Source: Octopus bimaculoides (lineage: Eukaryota). From it: DNA of 64,000 bases. The position numbers and the translations under genes were made by a program. The notes beneath the pieces are model-generated. The model searched no databases. It was not told where the DNA came from and saw only the letters and a program-made list of their open reading frames with translations. The DNA lies in NCBI RefSeq assembly GCF_001194135.2, contig NC_068984.1:15941389-16005388 (forward strand). The letters run 5' to 3'. Positions 26,498-40,110 of this stretch are shown here, in pieces. Numbering within the stretch: the stretch's first letter is position 1; every line of letters starts with the position of its first letter.

Positions 26498-28484
26498 GTA
26501 AAACCAAAGCATTCCATACATTCTCACTACAACATTCTAAGCCTCTTCCACCGACAGTATTTATAACCATGTGCAAGTGTATTATACCATTTGAATGACA
26601 TGATGGAGTTTTCTTTAATATCACACGAACTTGCATAATCATTGGTTATATTATGTTCCAACATAAAATAATTCATTTATCTCACCTGTTATTGAAATGA
26701 TTGTAGCTGAATAATAAACATGATACCAATATCTGCATTCTTTTAATTCATATACCTACATGCGTTTGTTAGAAGCTCTCTGTCTTCATTATTTGCCATT
26801 TTACCTCTGTATCGCAATGCTGCAAGCAAACTACACTGGTTTTTCTTATATATATGTATAGATATCACTATTTAACGTCTGTTTTCCATGCTGGCATGGG
26901 TTAGAAGTTTTGACAGGAACTGATAAGTCAGAAGCTGGCACCAAGCTCTGCTGTGCTTTGGCATAGTTTCCATGGTCGGATGCCCTTCCCAATATTCATA
27001 AGAAGGGCATCCAACCATAGATGTTGCACACGTGTCTGTGTGTGCATGTGTGTATGTGCATTTTTTGCATGCACATGCATGTGTATGTGTGCACGTGTGC
27101 CATTTAACATCAGTCTTTTATACTGGCATAGGTTACATGGCCTGCCTGCAGCTGGTAAGCTGAAGAGCTGCACCATGGTCCAATTGTCTGTTTTGGCTTG
27201 GTTTCTATGGATGGATGCCCTTCTGAATATCAGCTACTTTACAGAGTGTACTGGATGCTTTTTATGAGACCAATGGGGTCACCAAGTTACTTGTCAAATG
27301 CTAGCATGGAAAGCGGACGTTAAACGACGACGATGATGATGAATGGTAACTTATTTGAATTATACATGTACACACACACACACATATATGGATTCTCGTA
27401 GGAATTTCTGACCATGAACCCATGCCAGCATGGACAACAAGTATTAAATGATGATGGTGAGTGTTCAGTTGCACACTAAACTAAACCAAATTAGTGTTTA
27501 AGTGGATGAGTATCCCACAGACATGTCATGTACCTTTAATGCAATTCTCATGTTGGTAGAGTATGTGATAAGGCTCGACATTTGAATTACAGGTACAATC
27601 TATCAGACAAGCAGTCTTCCACACAGTTTCCATTGACCCAATTTCACTCAATGTACGGGTTGACCTGAGATCACAGAAAATGATTCTTGGTTGTGATGTG
27701 CAGTGGAATCAGAACCAGGATCTCAAGATTCCAAAGTGAACTACTGAACCGTTTGGCCATACTACACCTACAGAGAAATTGAGACCTCCCCACTGCGACC
27801 TTGCCATATATTTAAGTGTATGTGAGCACACAATTAATTGTGTAGGTATACACTGCTCTACTTGACTGTATATTGTCTTTGATTAACTAATGTATATGCT
27901 GACACGTATAAAGTCATAATGGGTTCTGGTTTCATAGAAGTGTGCAAATGAGAATTCTATCTCTTCCTAAATACGATACTGGTTCCTCTCAGATACCTTG
28001 AACCTATTCCAAATCACGAGGTGAACTGGGACATTTAGAATGTTATTATAGAAAAGAACAAACTGCAGCAATCTATAATTTGGGAATTCAATACCAAATC
28101 AATTTAATCACTTCACTTTGTGTGTGCACATCTGACTGCGCGTACATGCATTATTTCTTTTACTTGTTTCAGTTGCTGAATAGTGGCCATGTTGGGGCAC
28201 TACACTGAAGGATTTTAATTGATCATAACAAGCTCAATATTTATTTTTAAATCTGATATTTATTGATTTCTATTTGTCAAACCACTAAGCCACACACACA
28301 CATTTCTATAACTGTGTTGATTGTTTGTTTAAGAGTGCATGTGTAGTAGTTCGGTCTTAAATCAGTCCTGAGACAGTAAACCTATAACTAAAACACTACA
28401 GCCATGACTTCTCCAGCTTTTCTCAGACAGTGTACTTTGAAATAATTTAACTGCTATTTCTAGTAGGTGAGTGACAGTACAGAG

Positions 28485-28679
28485 CAGCGGTTCTCAATCT
28501 TTTTAATATCCAGGCCAGATCCAAAATCTGGATTGTTTTTTTAGGGTGCTACACCAAAAAAGTAATACACAGGAAAATTTTATATTTATAGAAGGCAGAC
28601 TATCAGGGGGCTGCTGGAGGGATGTTCAAGGGAGGGGGGGGCTGCATGCAGCCCTGGGAGCTGCGACTGAGAACCACTG
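28485..28679. mobile_element. hAT (Charlie-like) MITE
   Basis: Termini cagcggttctcaa / tgagaaccactg; imperfect 8-bp flanks gtacagag / atgtagag. Confidence 0.7.
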
Positions 28680-28699
28680 ATGTAGAGACTCCTTCATTG

Positions 28700-28895
28700 G
28701 CTTAAAATTATGTGTGTGTATGCACTTTGGTCTGTGTGTATATTATGCATGTGTGTGTGTGTGTGTGTGTATGCATTGTGATCTGTGTGTATATTGTGTG
28801 TGTATATTATGTGTGTATGTATATTATGTGTATGTATATTATGTGTGTGTATGCACTGTGGACTGTGTGTATGCATTGTGGACTGTATGTATGCA
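28700..28895 (+). repeat. TG-rich degenerate minisatellite
   Basis: tattatgtgtgtatgta and tggactgtgtgtatgca units. Confidence 0.9.
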
Positions 28896-29006
28896 GATCT
28901 AGCCTCTCACACAAGTCCTACAATGTCATTCTAAAAATAATACCTCATCAAAATCTCAAAAGCTATAAGATAATGCAAGATTAATTCAAAACAAAATGAA
29001 TAAACA

Positions 29007-29340
29007 AGGTGCATGGCTCAGTGGTTAGAGTGTTGGGCTCACAATCATGAGGTAGTGAGTTCGATTCCTGGACTGGGCTGTGTGTTGTGTTCTCGAGCAA
29101 GACTATTTCATTTTGCTCCAGTTCACTCTGCTGCAGAAATGAGTTGTGATGTCACTGATACCAAGGGGTATCGGCCTTTGCCTTTGCCTTGGATAACATT
29201 AGTGGTGTGGAAAGGAGAGGGTTGTATGCATGGGGGACTGCTGGTTTTCCATAAACAACCTTGCCCAGACTTCTGCCTCAGAGGGGAAGTTTCTAGGTGC
29301 AATCCCATGGTCATTCATGACCAATGGGGGTCTTCACCTT
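29007..29340 (+). mobile_element. tRNA-head SINE (family 5); related copies at 10435-10720 and 1-150
   Basis: gcatggctcagtggttagagtg...gagttcgattcc followed by ttgtgttctcgagcaagac...ttgctccagt. Confidence 0.7.
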
Positions 29341-29993
29341 TTTTTCTTTTTCCTTCACTTTCAACAGAATGTGAATGCTGGAAGGTTAAACTTGCTAAAA
29401 TAATATTCAAAGCAATTTATATGACTGGAAATATAATTTTAAAGTGTTCATAGTGTCATAGTGCGGACCTGAACAAAGACTTTGCAATTAAAAAAAAAAA
29501 TAAAGTGCAAGTATACAAAAATAAACATTTTTCACACTACTGTGGTTTAGGCTTACAAAGAATAAGTCCTGGGGTCGATTTGCTCAACTAAAGGCAGTGC
29601 TCCAGCATGGCCGCAGTCAAATGACTGAAACAAGTAAAAGAGTAAAAGAATATATGGGGGCACCAAAATCTTTCAAGCGCTTAGGGCCTCTATGGGTCTT
29701 AATCTGGCCCTGGGACAAGGACTAAGCTTCACTCTTATGAGTCATAGGTGTTATATCAGACCTTAGAAAGTATCCAACAAAAAAAAAAAACCCTTGAATG
29801 TGGGGCACTAGCATGGTTGCAGTCCAATGAGTGAAGCCAGTTAAAGAATACATATTACATACATCGAAACCTAACGGCATATGCCTGTCATAATCACCAC
29901 ATACAGATATTATTTATATTGTAGCTTTTATTAAGAGTTAAGTTTTTTTGTCTTTGTCTACAGAAGCAGGAAGCAGAACACAGCAAGATATTG

Positions 29994-30031
<38 letters not shown>

Positions 30032-30999
30032 ATTCACTGAATCGTAACATGGTTATAAAGAAATATCAATAAAAACGATTTAATTGAAGACAATCAAAAC
30101 AAAACCATACATTATTAATTTTTGTAAAATGAGAAAATGAAGTAAAAATAAAATGAAATAAAATTATAAAACCTGCTTTTCATGTAAAAAAAAAAAAAAT
30201 GAAAAAAAAAAGAAAGAAGTCCTATTGGAATGATTTTTCTCAATGAAAATAAATAAATTTCAATAAATTAAATTGTTAAAGACTGTTAGAAATAGAGGCA
30301 GTATATTGATTAGGATTTTTTTCTCTTTCTTTTCTATTTGATCAAAAGAAATAAAGAATTAGACCAGTATTGATTAAATATCTTGGTATGTAGAAACCTA
30401 GCTTTCTAGATTAGCAGCAGGAAATGGTGAATTTCCTGAAATAGCTTGATACAATTAAGAACCATGTAAATATATTTTGTAACAATTTAAAACATTCTTT
30501 ACTTTCATCCTCTCTCTCTCTTTTCATTGAATAATTTGTTAATATTAATTATAAAAGAAAATATAGGACAACATCCTAAATCATTTTTACTTGACTTGAA
30601 TCCCTTCATGGGTCAATGAAGACCCTTTCATTCAGTTCTCAAAGTTACCATCACAGATTAAAATTCCTCTGAGTTTTTATCGTAATCCAGTAGTTGTTAC
30701 CTTTTCTTAGTTTACATGAGCCAATGAGGGAGTCCCTACACGATTGCTCGACTCACTAGAAACAGCAGTCAAACAATTCCCCGTTTTCTTTTTTTTTTTT
30801 TTTTTTNNNNNNNNNNTTTTTTTTTTTTTTTTTTTTTTACCTGTGGACTCCTTTGATTTGTTTTACTCAGCCAGCAATTTAAGGGGTGAATCAGTCAACC
30901 CCGTACTCAAATGGCACTTATTATATTGACCCTGAAAAGCTGAAAAGTAAAGTTGGCTGTGATGGAATGTGAACTCCATTATAATAATAATAGTCTTAT

Positions 31000-31342
31000 C
31001 TTTTATCCTTTACTTGTCTCAGTGGACATATGTGGACATATTGGGGACCCAGCTTGGAGAATTTTAGTCAAATGAATCGACCCCAGTACTTATTTTTTTA
31101 TAAAGCCTGATACTTATTCTACTGGTCTCGCTTGCTGAACTGCTAAGTTTTGGGGATGTAAACACAACACAGGTTGTCAAGTGGAAGACACACATACAAC
31201 AGGCTTCTTTCAGTTTCCATCTACCAAATCCACTCACAAGGTTTTGGTTGGCCCAAGGCTATAGTAGTACACACTTGCCCAAGGTGTCACACAGTGGGAC
31301 TGAACTCTATTGGGAAACAAACTTCTTACCACACAGCCACAT
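31000..31342 (-). mobile_element. Family 1 SINE
   Basis: Same modules, diverged. Confidence 0.7.
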
Positions 31343-32060
31343 CTAAGGTCAGAAATATTTTAGGGGAGAGAGTAGGTCAATTCCCTTGACCCCTCCCCAC
31401 CTCCATTGTGCTGAACTGGTATTTCTTTTACAGACCCTGAAAGGTTGAAAAAGTAATGTTGACCTTTGTGGAATTTGAACTCTGAATGTCGTGAACTTAT
31501 AGTGTATAGTGCTCATGTGCATTAAAACTCGTCAGGAAAAGGTGAAAAAAGAGAGAAAAAGCAGCTGTGAGTCAAGTAATGGACGACAGCAATGATAGCG
31601 GAAAGGTGCATGCGTAAGCACAGAGGATAAAACTAAAGAAGACAACAATGAACAGTAAAAGTGTTATGAAGTGGAAATGATGCATTGGTGCATCAGAGTT
31701 TTGTGAAGCATGAAATTTTTGAAGGATACCATGTCCTGACAGCTAACAAACTGACTTAATAGAATTATCAAAGCATGCAATAAACTACTTAATGCACAAG
31801 ACTTAAAGCTACTACCTCAAGTTATAGAAAATACAAACAGAAATTCAATTAGAATATTCATAAAAGAAAAAAAAAAAAGACTTGGAAAATATTTTATTTT
31901 CAGTTTTGATATGTATTAGACACTTGAATTGTCTATTGACCACTTGAGTCATAAGGTTAAAATATAAAAGTGCAGCTTCCAGTCAAGTGACCAAAATGAT
32001 CTACTTTGTGGTTCATTAGAAGAAGCAAATAAATGTCATTGAGTGCATACACACCTTTAG

Positions 32061-32180
32061 AAAATATGTATTACAATGTAAGCTGTTCTCAAATGCTAAC
32101 GTAATAATAACACCAGATACTATTCTTGGGATACGTTCTGTAGAGGCTACACGAAAGGTCAAAGTATTGATGCAGAACCT
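32061..32180 (+). CDS. Candidate exon of gene B (KYVLQCKLFSNANVIITPDTILGIRSVEATRKVKVLMQN)
   Basis: acacctttag| acceptor, |gtaaat donor, 120 nt open, phase 2 to 2. The antisense strand is also open with plausible splice sites, so the strand is not certain. Confidence 0.35.
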
Positions 32181-33018
32181 GTAAATATTTGATTGTGTAA
32201 AAGATATTTATATAGTAACACGAAGACAGCTAACCTCAATTTTGCACATTCAATCTATTAGAAATGTCATTTTTTAATCTTATTTGTTTCAGTCACAGGA
32301 CTGTGGCTGTACGGGGACAGGTACTGCCTTGAAGGGTTTTAGTTAAACAAAACACCAGGACTTTATTTTTACATTTGATAATTATTTTAACCATCTCTTT
32401 TGCTGAACTGCTAAGTAATGGGAATGTAACTAAACCAACACTTTGTTGTTACGTCCCTGTTTCCAAGCAAAGTAATATTTCCTCACGGCCAGACATGTTT
32501 TCGCAGAATAATGGAAATGAATGACACAGCTTATGTGGTTGAAGCTTTGGTGAAGCTAGAGGGTGATACTCAAGCACTCAACTATCAGCACATTGCACCT
32601 TGCAGCAGAAACATCTGTAAGCTAATGAAGTAAATAATATAATTGTTCGTTCCTTTGTCAACCCATTTTATATATATATATAATACACTGTTCCATGCTG
32701 GTGAGGTCAACAAAAAAAGTACTTCATTTGGTGAGAGGAAAATATTTAATATACACAATACATGTTATTATGTGCTACTAATAATTTCATCATGGACTAT
32801 GATATGTAGTTTGTGCCTGATAAATATGTTTGGAGCATTTCTCAACATATGAAATTATTAGTAGCACATAAAAATATGTATTGTGTATATTAAATACTCT
32901 CTCTCTCACACACACAGGTGAATGGACAAACAAAAGAGAGGTATTCAACACAATAGGAATTTGTTCTGTAAGAAGCCTATGAAAGTAAGTTGCAAGGGGC
33001 TGAACCAAACTGTTTTAA

Positions 33019-33062
<44 letters not shown>

Positions 33063-33649
33063 GGGATTCTTTCAGTTTCCATCTACCAAATCCACTCACA
33101 AAGTTTTTACCAGCCTAGGGCTATAGTAGGTGTTTACCCAAGGTGCCACACAGTGGGACTGAACCTGAAGCCATATGGTTGGGAAGCAAACTTCTTAACC
33201 ACACAGCCATATCTGTGTCTATAATAAAAAATATTATTAAAAAATAAACAGACAAATCAGTAAGGTTAATTATTCAAGGAAGCCATCTAAAAAATAAATA
33301 AATAAAAATGTCAAAATTTATGCTAGCATATTTAATACAATGAACTTTAGATATAAAAAAATTCTAATTAGAAATACTTTTGCATTGAAAAAATGACAGC
33401 ATTTGCTCAATGACTAATATTATTTTAATCATAAAATGTTGCATCGTATTTAGTTAGGTATGTGATGTATATCTTATAAGGGAGACTTTCTCTGTTGCTA
33501 TGCATATTCTTCCATCCAATCTAAGCAGCTGATTGTTGAACAACATGCAGATCATGTGATGCTGTAGCATTACACAGTGGCTCATGTGATTGATGTTTGA
33601 AATATTAGAGTAATTCAGATTCAATAGCAAACATCCTAAGAATGAAATA

Positions 33650-33668
33650 GATAGAGAGAGAGAGAGAG

Positions 33669-33704
<36 letters not shown>

Positions 33705-34130
33705 CTTAGGTATGTATTGATATGCATGTACATGTAGATATGTGTGCATGCATGTGTATGGACTTGTATATATATGTATGAGAGAGTAAGTGTGCATGCA
33801 TGTGCATGTGTGCATATGTGAGTATGCTCGTGCGAGCCTGTGTGTGAACATGTGTGTGTGAGCGTGTGCATGTATGTGTGTGTGAGTGTGTGCATGTGAG
33901 TGTGCACATGCGTGTGTGTGTGTGTGTGTGTACGCAACAGAGAGTATGTGCACAGGAGAAATGCATGAGTGCGTATGAGTGTCATGTGCATGAGTGCATG
34001 CACATGAGTGCATATGCAGGAGAGTGTGTGTGTGCACATGCATGAAAGTGCATGAGCCTAGGCAATTCATGAGTGTGCATGTATGTGTGCACATGCATGA
34101 CAGTGTGTATATGCACATGAGTGTGCATAT
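33650..34130 (+). repeat. Degenerate (AG)/(TG)/(TGCA) microsatellite
   Basis: Explains the His/Thr-rich ORFs at 33605-34304. Confidence 0.95.
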
Positions 34131-34689
34131 CATTTTGTCATGTACATTTTTCTTCTCTACTTTGAGAAATTGCATTTTATAAGAACTTAATTCTAACAGG
34201 GCAGGAGATGGACATCTACCCAACAACCAATCTTCAAAAAAAAAAAAAGAAAAAAAAACAAATCCCACTTTAAAACGATGAAAGAAACAAAAGAAACCCA
34301 CCACTAGTGACCAGTCCGAATGCCAGAACTTGTCTCTAGAAAGATACTAGAATATTGATAGAAAGATACATAACATCTAATATTAACAAAAAATTATTTC
34401 TAATTAAGAAGACATTAACAGTTCACAAATATTTTCTGCCACCTTCATAATTAATCTAAAAAATGGTAGGCATATAGGTGCAGGCATGGTTGTGTGGTTA
34501 ACAAGATCACTTTCCAGCCATGGGCAAGTGTCTTCCACTATAATTCCAACTAGTTAAAGTTTTGTGAAATATAAAGGTTTCACTTAGGTATAAAGATGCT
34601 AATAACTTGGTGTTAGAACTTAATACATATATGCGTCAAAATAAAATGTTAGTTGAATACTAAGCATAATATGAGATTAAATAACTTAC

Positions 34690-35460
34690 TGCATCACAAA
34701 TATTGCCAAATATTTAATAAGTATATCATTAAGCTATCTTACTCCGCAGCCCCAAACCTTGCAGATGCTACAGATGAGACTAAGTTCAAAATAAACAATC
34801 CTAAACTATTTAAATATTTAGGTACCCCGAAACATAATAACCAACCACTAAATACCACTGGTTCTGACTCTCAAGCATCAAACGTCCCTAAGAACTCCAA
34901 TCCCTACAACATGGTCATCAATGGAACTCAACTAATGTTAGCTGGTAGAGTTGTTCACACAACAATATTTCTTTGGCACCTCTGCGAAAAACAGTCATCC
35001 AAACTGATTAAATATTAAATGTCAATATATCCAATACTATTGCAGGAGACCCCTAGTACTAAAACCTGTAATTTAAAAAGTACTTACAATTGCCCATTAA
35101 ATAGAAACTGTCTTGTCAAAAACATAGTATACAGGTGTCAAGTAGTTATGTGGGTAACTGCTAGAAAATACATAGGAGCTACAGCTAACAATTTCAAGAA
35201 ATACTTTTATATGCATGTGCACTCATTCAAAAATCCTAAATTGGTCTATTCAACTTCACTGGCCGAGTACATCTGGTAACTTAAAAATCTAAACACCCAC
35301 TACACCTTACAATGTAACACAGTGAAATTTGCAGCCCTGTACAAGGGGCAATGAAAGCCATGCTGATTATGCAACCAGGAAGCAATTCAAATTTGACTGT
35401 TTGACACACAATTTCTAAACAAATGAAATGAGTTGATTATCAATTGCAACAAAAAGATTC
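34690..35460 (+). mobile_element. Decayed Penelope-like retroelement (RT C-terminus plus GIY-YIG endonuclease)
   Basis: KLSYSAAPNL, then CN....CPLNRNCLVKNIVYRCQV...KYIGATANNFK...HSFKN...STSLAEYIW*LK...C*LC...FLNK*NEL, with in-frame stops. Confidence 0.85.
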
Positions 35461-35822
35461 TTTGAGCATTTAGATTTTCTTACAAAAGAATAATGGATCT
35501 AGCTTAATCTAACTCAATGCTAGCAAGGAATGCAAAAATACATAAAGAAATGAACTGGTGTAGTGAAGAAAAGAAAAACATTAGTTCATTGACTTTTATA
35601 TAAATTTATTTGGAGTTTGGGAACTATAGGGGATAACTGAATATGTTCCACTATTACAAGACTTTTTCAACAAATTACAGCCTCCTCTGTACTCTGCCAA
35701 GCGTAAATTTTGTTAGTGACTTTACATTTGTAAGTCATTGATAAATGTAAATTTATTCTTTGCCCATTAGAACTATAAGAAACCACCCCAGTGCTTTTCT
35801 CACTCACTCACTCACTCACCCA

Positions 35823-36371
35823 NNNNNNNNNNNNNNNNNNNNNNNNNNNNNNNNNNNNNNNNNNNNNNNNNNNNNNNNNNNNNNNNNNNNNNNNNNNNNN
35901 NNNNNNNNNNNNNNNNNNNNNNNNNNNNNNNNNNNNNNNNNNNNNNNNNNNNNNNNNNNNNNNNNNNNNNNNNNNNNNNNNNNNNNNNNNNNNNNNNNNN
36001 NNNNNNNNNNNNNNNNNNNNNNNNNNNNNNNNNNNNNNNNNNNNNNNNNNNNNNNNNNNNNNNNNNNNNNNNNNNNNNNNNNNNNNNNNNNNNNNNNNNN
36101 NNNNNNNNNNNNNNNNNNNNNNNNNNNNNNNNNNNNNNNNNNNNNNNNNNNNNNNNNNNNNNNNNNNNNNNNNNNNNNNNNNNNNNNNNNNNNNNNNNNN
36201 NNNNNNNNNNNNNNNNNNNNNNNNNNNNNNNNNNNNNNNNNNNNNNNNNNNNNNNNNNNNNNNNNNNNNNNNNNNNNNNNNNNNNNNNNNNNNNNNNNNN
36301 NNNNNNNNNNNNNNNNNNNNNNNNNNNNNNNNNNNNNNNNNNNNNNNNNNNNNNNNNNNNNNNNNNNNNNN
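35823..36371. other. Assembly gap
   Basis: Run of N. Confidence 1.
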
Positions 36372-37539
36372 TAAACATATATCAATGAATGTATTTTTAC
36401 CTCTCCCAGACTACTTAAGAACCTATAAAAACCAGGTACACCACCAATCTCCCTCTTGAGTGATCTGACAACCTTATCTTTTACTTCTTTCAGTCACTGG
36501 ACTGCAGCCATGCTAGGGTACTAGAGATAGCAACAAAATATCTTTCAACCCCCAACCTAATACATAAAAAAAGGCATGGTACATCATCATTTAAAGTCTA
36601 TCTTCCAAACTGACACAGGTTGAATGGTTTGACAGGAGCTGGCAAGCCAGAGGGCTGCACCAATTTCCACAACTGGATGCCTTTCCTAATGCCAACCACT
36701 TTATAGAGTGGACTGAGTGCTTTTCATGTGGCACCAGCACTGATGAGGTCTGTTTTGGTATGGTTTTTATGGCTAGATGCCCTTTCTAATACCAATCAGT
36801 TTACAGAGTGGACTGGGTGCTTTTTATGTGGCACCAGCACTGGCAAGGCCTACTTTGGTATGGTTTACACCACTTCAAAAGGAATATTGATCATAGCTTG
36901 AAGGCTGCATTTGATAATAGATTTGCTTGCTGGATCAAGGCTGACTCAGGGCAAAAACAACAGCAAGAATTCTACCTTTTCTAATTGTTATAAAGAACCT
37001 TGGTAAGACAGAGCATTATCACTGTAAAAATTATTCTAAAATTGTTAAGAAAATGTGGACCCTGGCAGTGTTATTATCAAATGCCCACTTTTCCATGCTT
37101 GCACAGGTCAGACAGAATTTGTTAAGGCAGATTTTCTATGGCTGGATGCTTTTCCTGATGCCAACCCTTACCTGCTTTCAAACAAGGTAATATTTCCCCA
37201 TAGCTAGACATTTTTCAAGGAAGACTAGAAACAAATGATCTTGCTTGTTTGATGATTCTCCTCATTTACAACCCCTATATGATGTTTAGACAAGGGGACA
37301 GAAAAACACAGATATACACATACATACAATAGGCTTCTTTCAGCTATGAACTCTAAATAATATCTACAAAGCTTTTGTAACATTAAAATGGTGGTTTGTC
37401 ATTGCCTTCCTCGGTTGGGGTTATGGCAGTATTACCATCAAAGCTAAATGTTGATCAAGGCTTGTTTACTGTTGTTTTGATTTTTCTTAGTCGTGCCTGC
37501 CTTCTTTAATCTTGAAGACCTGGAATGAGGTTGCCCTTG

Positions 37540-37890
37540 TTTGGCTGTGTGGTTAAAATGTTTGCTTCTCAATCATGTGGTTCAGGGTTCAGTCCCGATG
37601 CATAGCATCTTGGGTAAGTGTCTTCTACTATAAGCTTTGAACCAACCAAAGCCTTGAGGGTGGATTTGGTAGACAGAAACTGAAAGAAACCTGTATGTGT
37701 GTGTGTGCACATTTGCCCCCTACCACCACTTGACAGCTGGTACTAGTGTGTTTACAACCCTGTAACTTAGCAACAGAATAAGTATCAGGTTTAAAAAAAA
37801 AAGAATTGGAGTTGATTCATTTGACTAAAAATACTTAAGGGTAGTGCCCCAGCATGGCCACAGTCTGATAACTGAAAGAAGATAAAATAT
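37540..37890 (+). mobile_element. Family 1 SINE (diverged)
   Basis: Same modules. Confidence 0.7.
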
Positions 37891-38020
37891 GAAAACTAGA
37901 CAAACAAAATGGGCTTCCATACAGTTTCCCCTTTACCAATTAGGGATTATAATAGAAGACACTTGTTCAAGGTGTCACATGGTTGCAAAGCAAATTTCTT
38001 CACCACACAACTATTTATCA

Positions 38021-38053
<33 letters not shown>

Positions 38054-38077
38054 TATATACTTAATATATAGTCAATG

Positions 38078-38530
38078 NNNNNNNNNNNNNNNNNNNNNNN
38101 NNNNNNNNNNNNNNNNNNNNNNNNNNNNNNNNNNNNNNNNNNNNNNNNNNNNNNNNNNNNNNNNNNNNNNNNNNNNNNNNNNNNNNNNNNNNNNNNNNNN
38201 NNNNNNNNNNNNNNNNNNNNNNNNNNNNNNNNNNNNNNNNNNNNNNNNNNNNNNNNNNNNNNNNNNNNNNNNNNNNNNNNNNNNNNNNNNNNNNNNNNNN
38301 NNNNNNNNNNNNNNNNNNNNNNNNNNNNNNNNNNNNNNNNNNNNNNNNNNNNNNNNNNNNNNNNNNNNNNNNNNNNNNNNNNNNNNNNNNNNNNNNNNNN
38401 NNNNNNNNNNNNNNNNNNNNNNNNNNNNNNNNNNNNNNNNNNNNNNNNNNNNNNNNNNNNNNNNNNNNNNNNNNNNNNNNNNNNNNNNNNNNNNNNNNNN
38501 NNNNNNNNNNNNNNNNNNNNNNNNNNNNNN
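38078..38530. other. Assembly gap
   Basis: Run of N. Confidence 1.
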
Positions 38531-38845
38531 CTTGGGCAAGTGTCTTCTACTATAACCTTGGGCCGACCAAAGCTTTGTGAGTGGATTTGGTAGATGGAAG
38601 TTGAGGGAGGCCCATTGTATGTGTATGTATATATATATATATATATACATGTGTGTGTGTTTGTCCCCCTGACCATCACTTCACAACTGATGTTGGTGTG
38701 TTTATGTTCCCATAACTTAGTGGTTTGGCAAAAGAGACCGATGAAGTACTAGGCTTACAGAGAATAAGTCTTGGGGGTCGATTAGTTCGACTAAGGGCAG
38801 TGCTCCAGCATGGCCACAGTCAAATGACTGAAACAAGTAAAAGAA
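38531..38845 (+). mobile_element. Family 1 SINE (5' end lost in the N gap)
   Basis: cttgggcaagtgtcttctactataacc ... gactgaaacaagtaaaag. Confidence 0.8.
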
Positions 38846-39449
38846 TATAGTCAATGAGTAGTTAGACAAATTGTTTGAAAATTCTAGTGCAGGGGCCCAG
38901 CTTAACATGAACAAGAAACCGAAGGTGGTGTGTCAGAATTCTGTAATTAATGATTCAATTTTGATATGAAAATAGGTTGAATGGTTCTGAAAGAAGTATT
39001 TGTAGGAATTTTGCTGCTGTTTTACAGCTGGATGTACATCCAAATATCAACAAATCAATTGTGATGTGGGAATAATATTGATTTTTGCAGTATGGTAAAC
39101 AAAGTCCAGAAATGTTGCAGAGTTTCAATTGATGGTCTTTAGACTAGTCTGCTGCTGCTGCTACTGCTGTCACCTTATTTCAGTGTTTAATGTAAAATAC
39201 ATCATATGGTCAATGATATATAAAGCTCAGGGGATGTAGTCAAATATTTAATTACATCATAAATGAATAAATAGTTGGTAATCAGATGAGATGCACTGTT
39301 ATTGCAGCATTTGTAAGAACATTCTAATGTAATACTAGAATGCTTTTACATAATATTATTACATAAAATCGAAAATTTATTTACTTTATGAAGTTTTCCA
39401 TTATTTTCACAATAGTAACCCAAGAAGAATATGTATATTTTTGTTGTTG

Positions 39450-40110
39450 TTTTTACTTGTTTCAGTCATTTAACTGTGGCCATGCTGGAGCACCACCTTG
39501 AAGTGTTTCTGCTGAACAATTCGACTCTAGGACTTATTTCTAAGCCTAGTACTTATTCTATTGATTTCTTTTGCCAAACTGCTAAGTTACGGGGATGTAA
39601 ACATACTAACATCAAGCGTCTGGTGATGGGGGGGGGGGAAACAAAAGAAACATACATATCTATCTATCTATTATATATATATTATATATCATCATCGTTT
39701 AACAACCGCTTTCCATGCTAGCATGGGTTGGACGATTTGACTGAGGACTGGTGAAACCAGATGGCTACACCAGGCTCCAATCTGATTTGGCAGAGTTTCT
39801 ACAGCTGGATGCCCTTCCTAACACCAACCACTCAGAGAGTGTAGTGGGTGCTTTTACGTGTCACCCGCATGAAGGCCAGTCAGGAGGTACTGGCAACGGC
39901 CACGCTCAAAATGGTGTATTTTACGTGCCACCTGCACAGGAGCCAGTCCAGCGGCACTGGCACACAATGGGCTTCTTAAATCAACTCAAGCCTTTGGTTG
40001 GCTTGAGGCTATAGTAGAAGGCACTTGCTCAAGATGCCAAACAGTAAGACTGAACCCAGAACCATGTGGTTGGGAAGCAGGCTTCTTATCACACAGCCAC
40101 ACCTGCACCT
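39450..40110 (-). mobile_element. Family 1 SINE with a family 2 SINE (39690-39961) nested in its central microsatellite
   Basis: 3' half at 39450-39650, 5' half at 39962-40110. Confidence 0.75.

Noticed and set aside
33605-34304. His/Thr-rich ORFs up to 222 aa
   Set aside because: TG/CA microsatellite translation.
35760-38679. Long ORFs of 170-220 aa
   Set aside because: They are read-throughs of N gaps.
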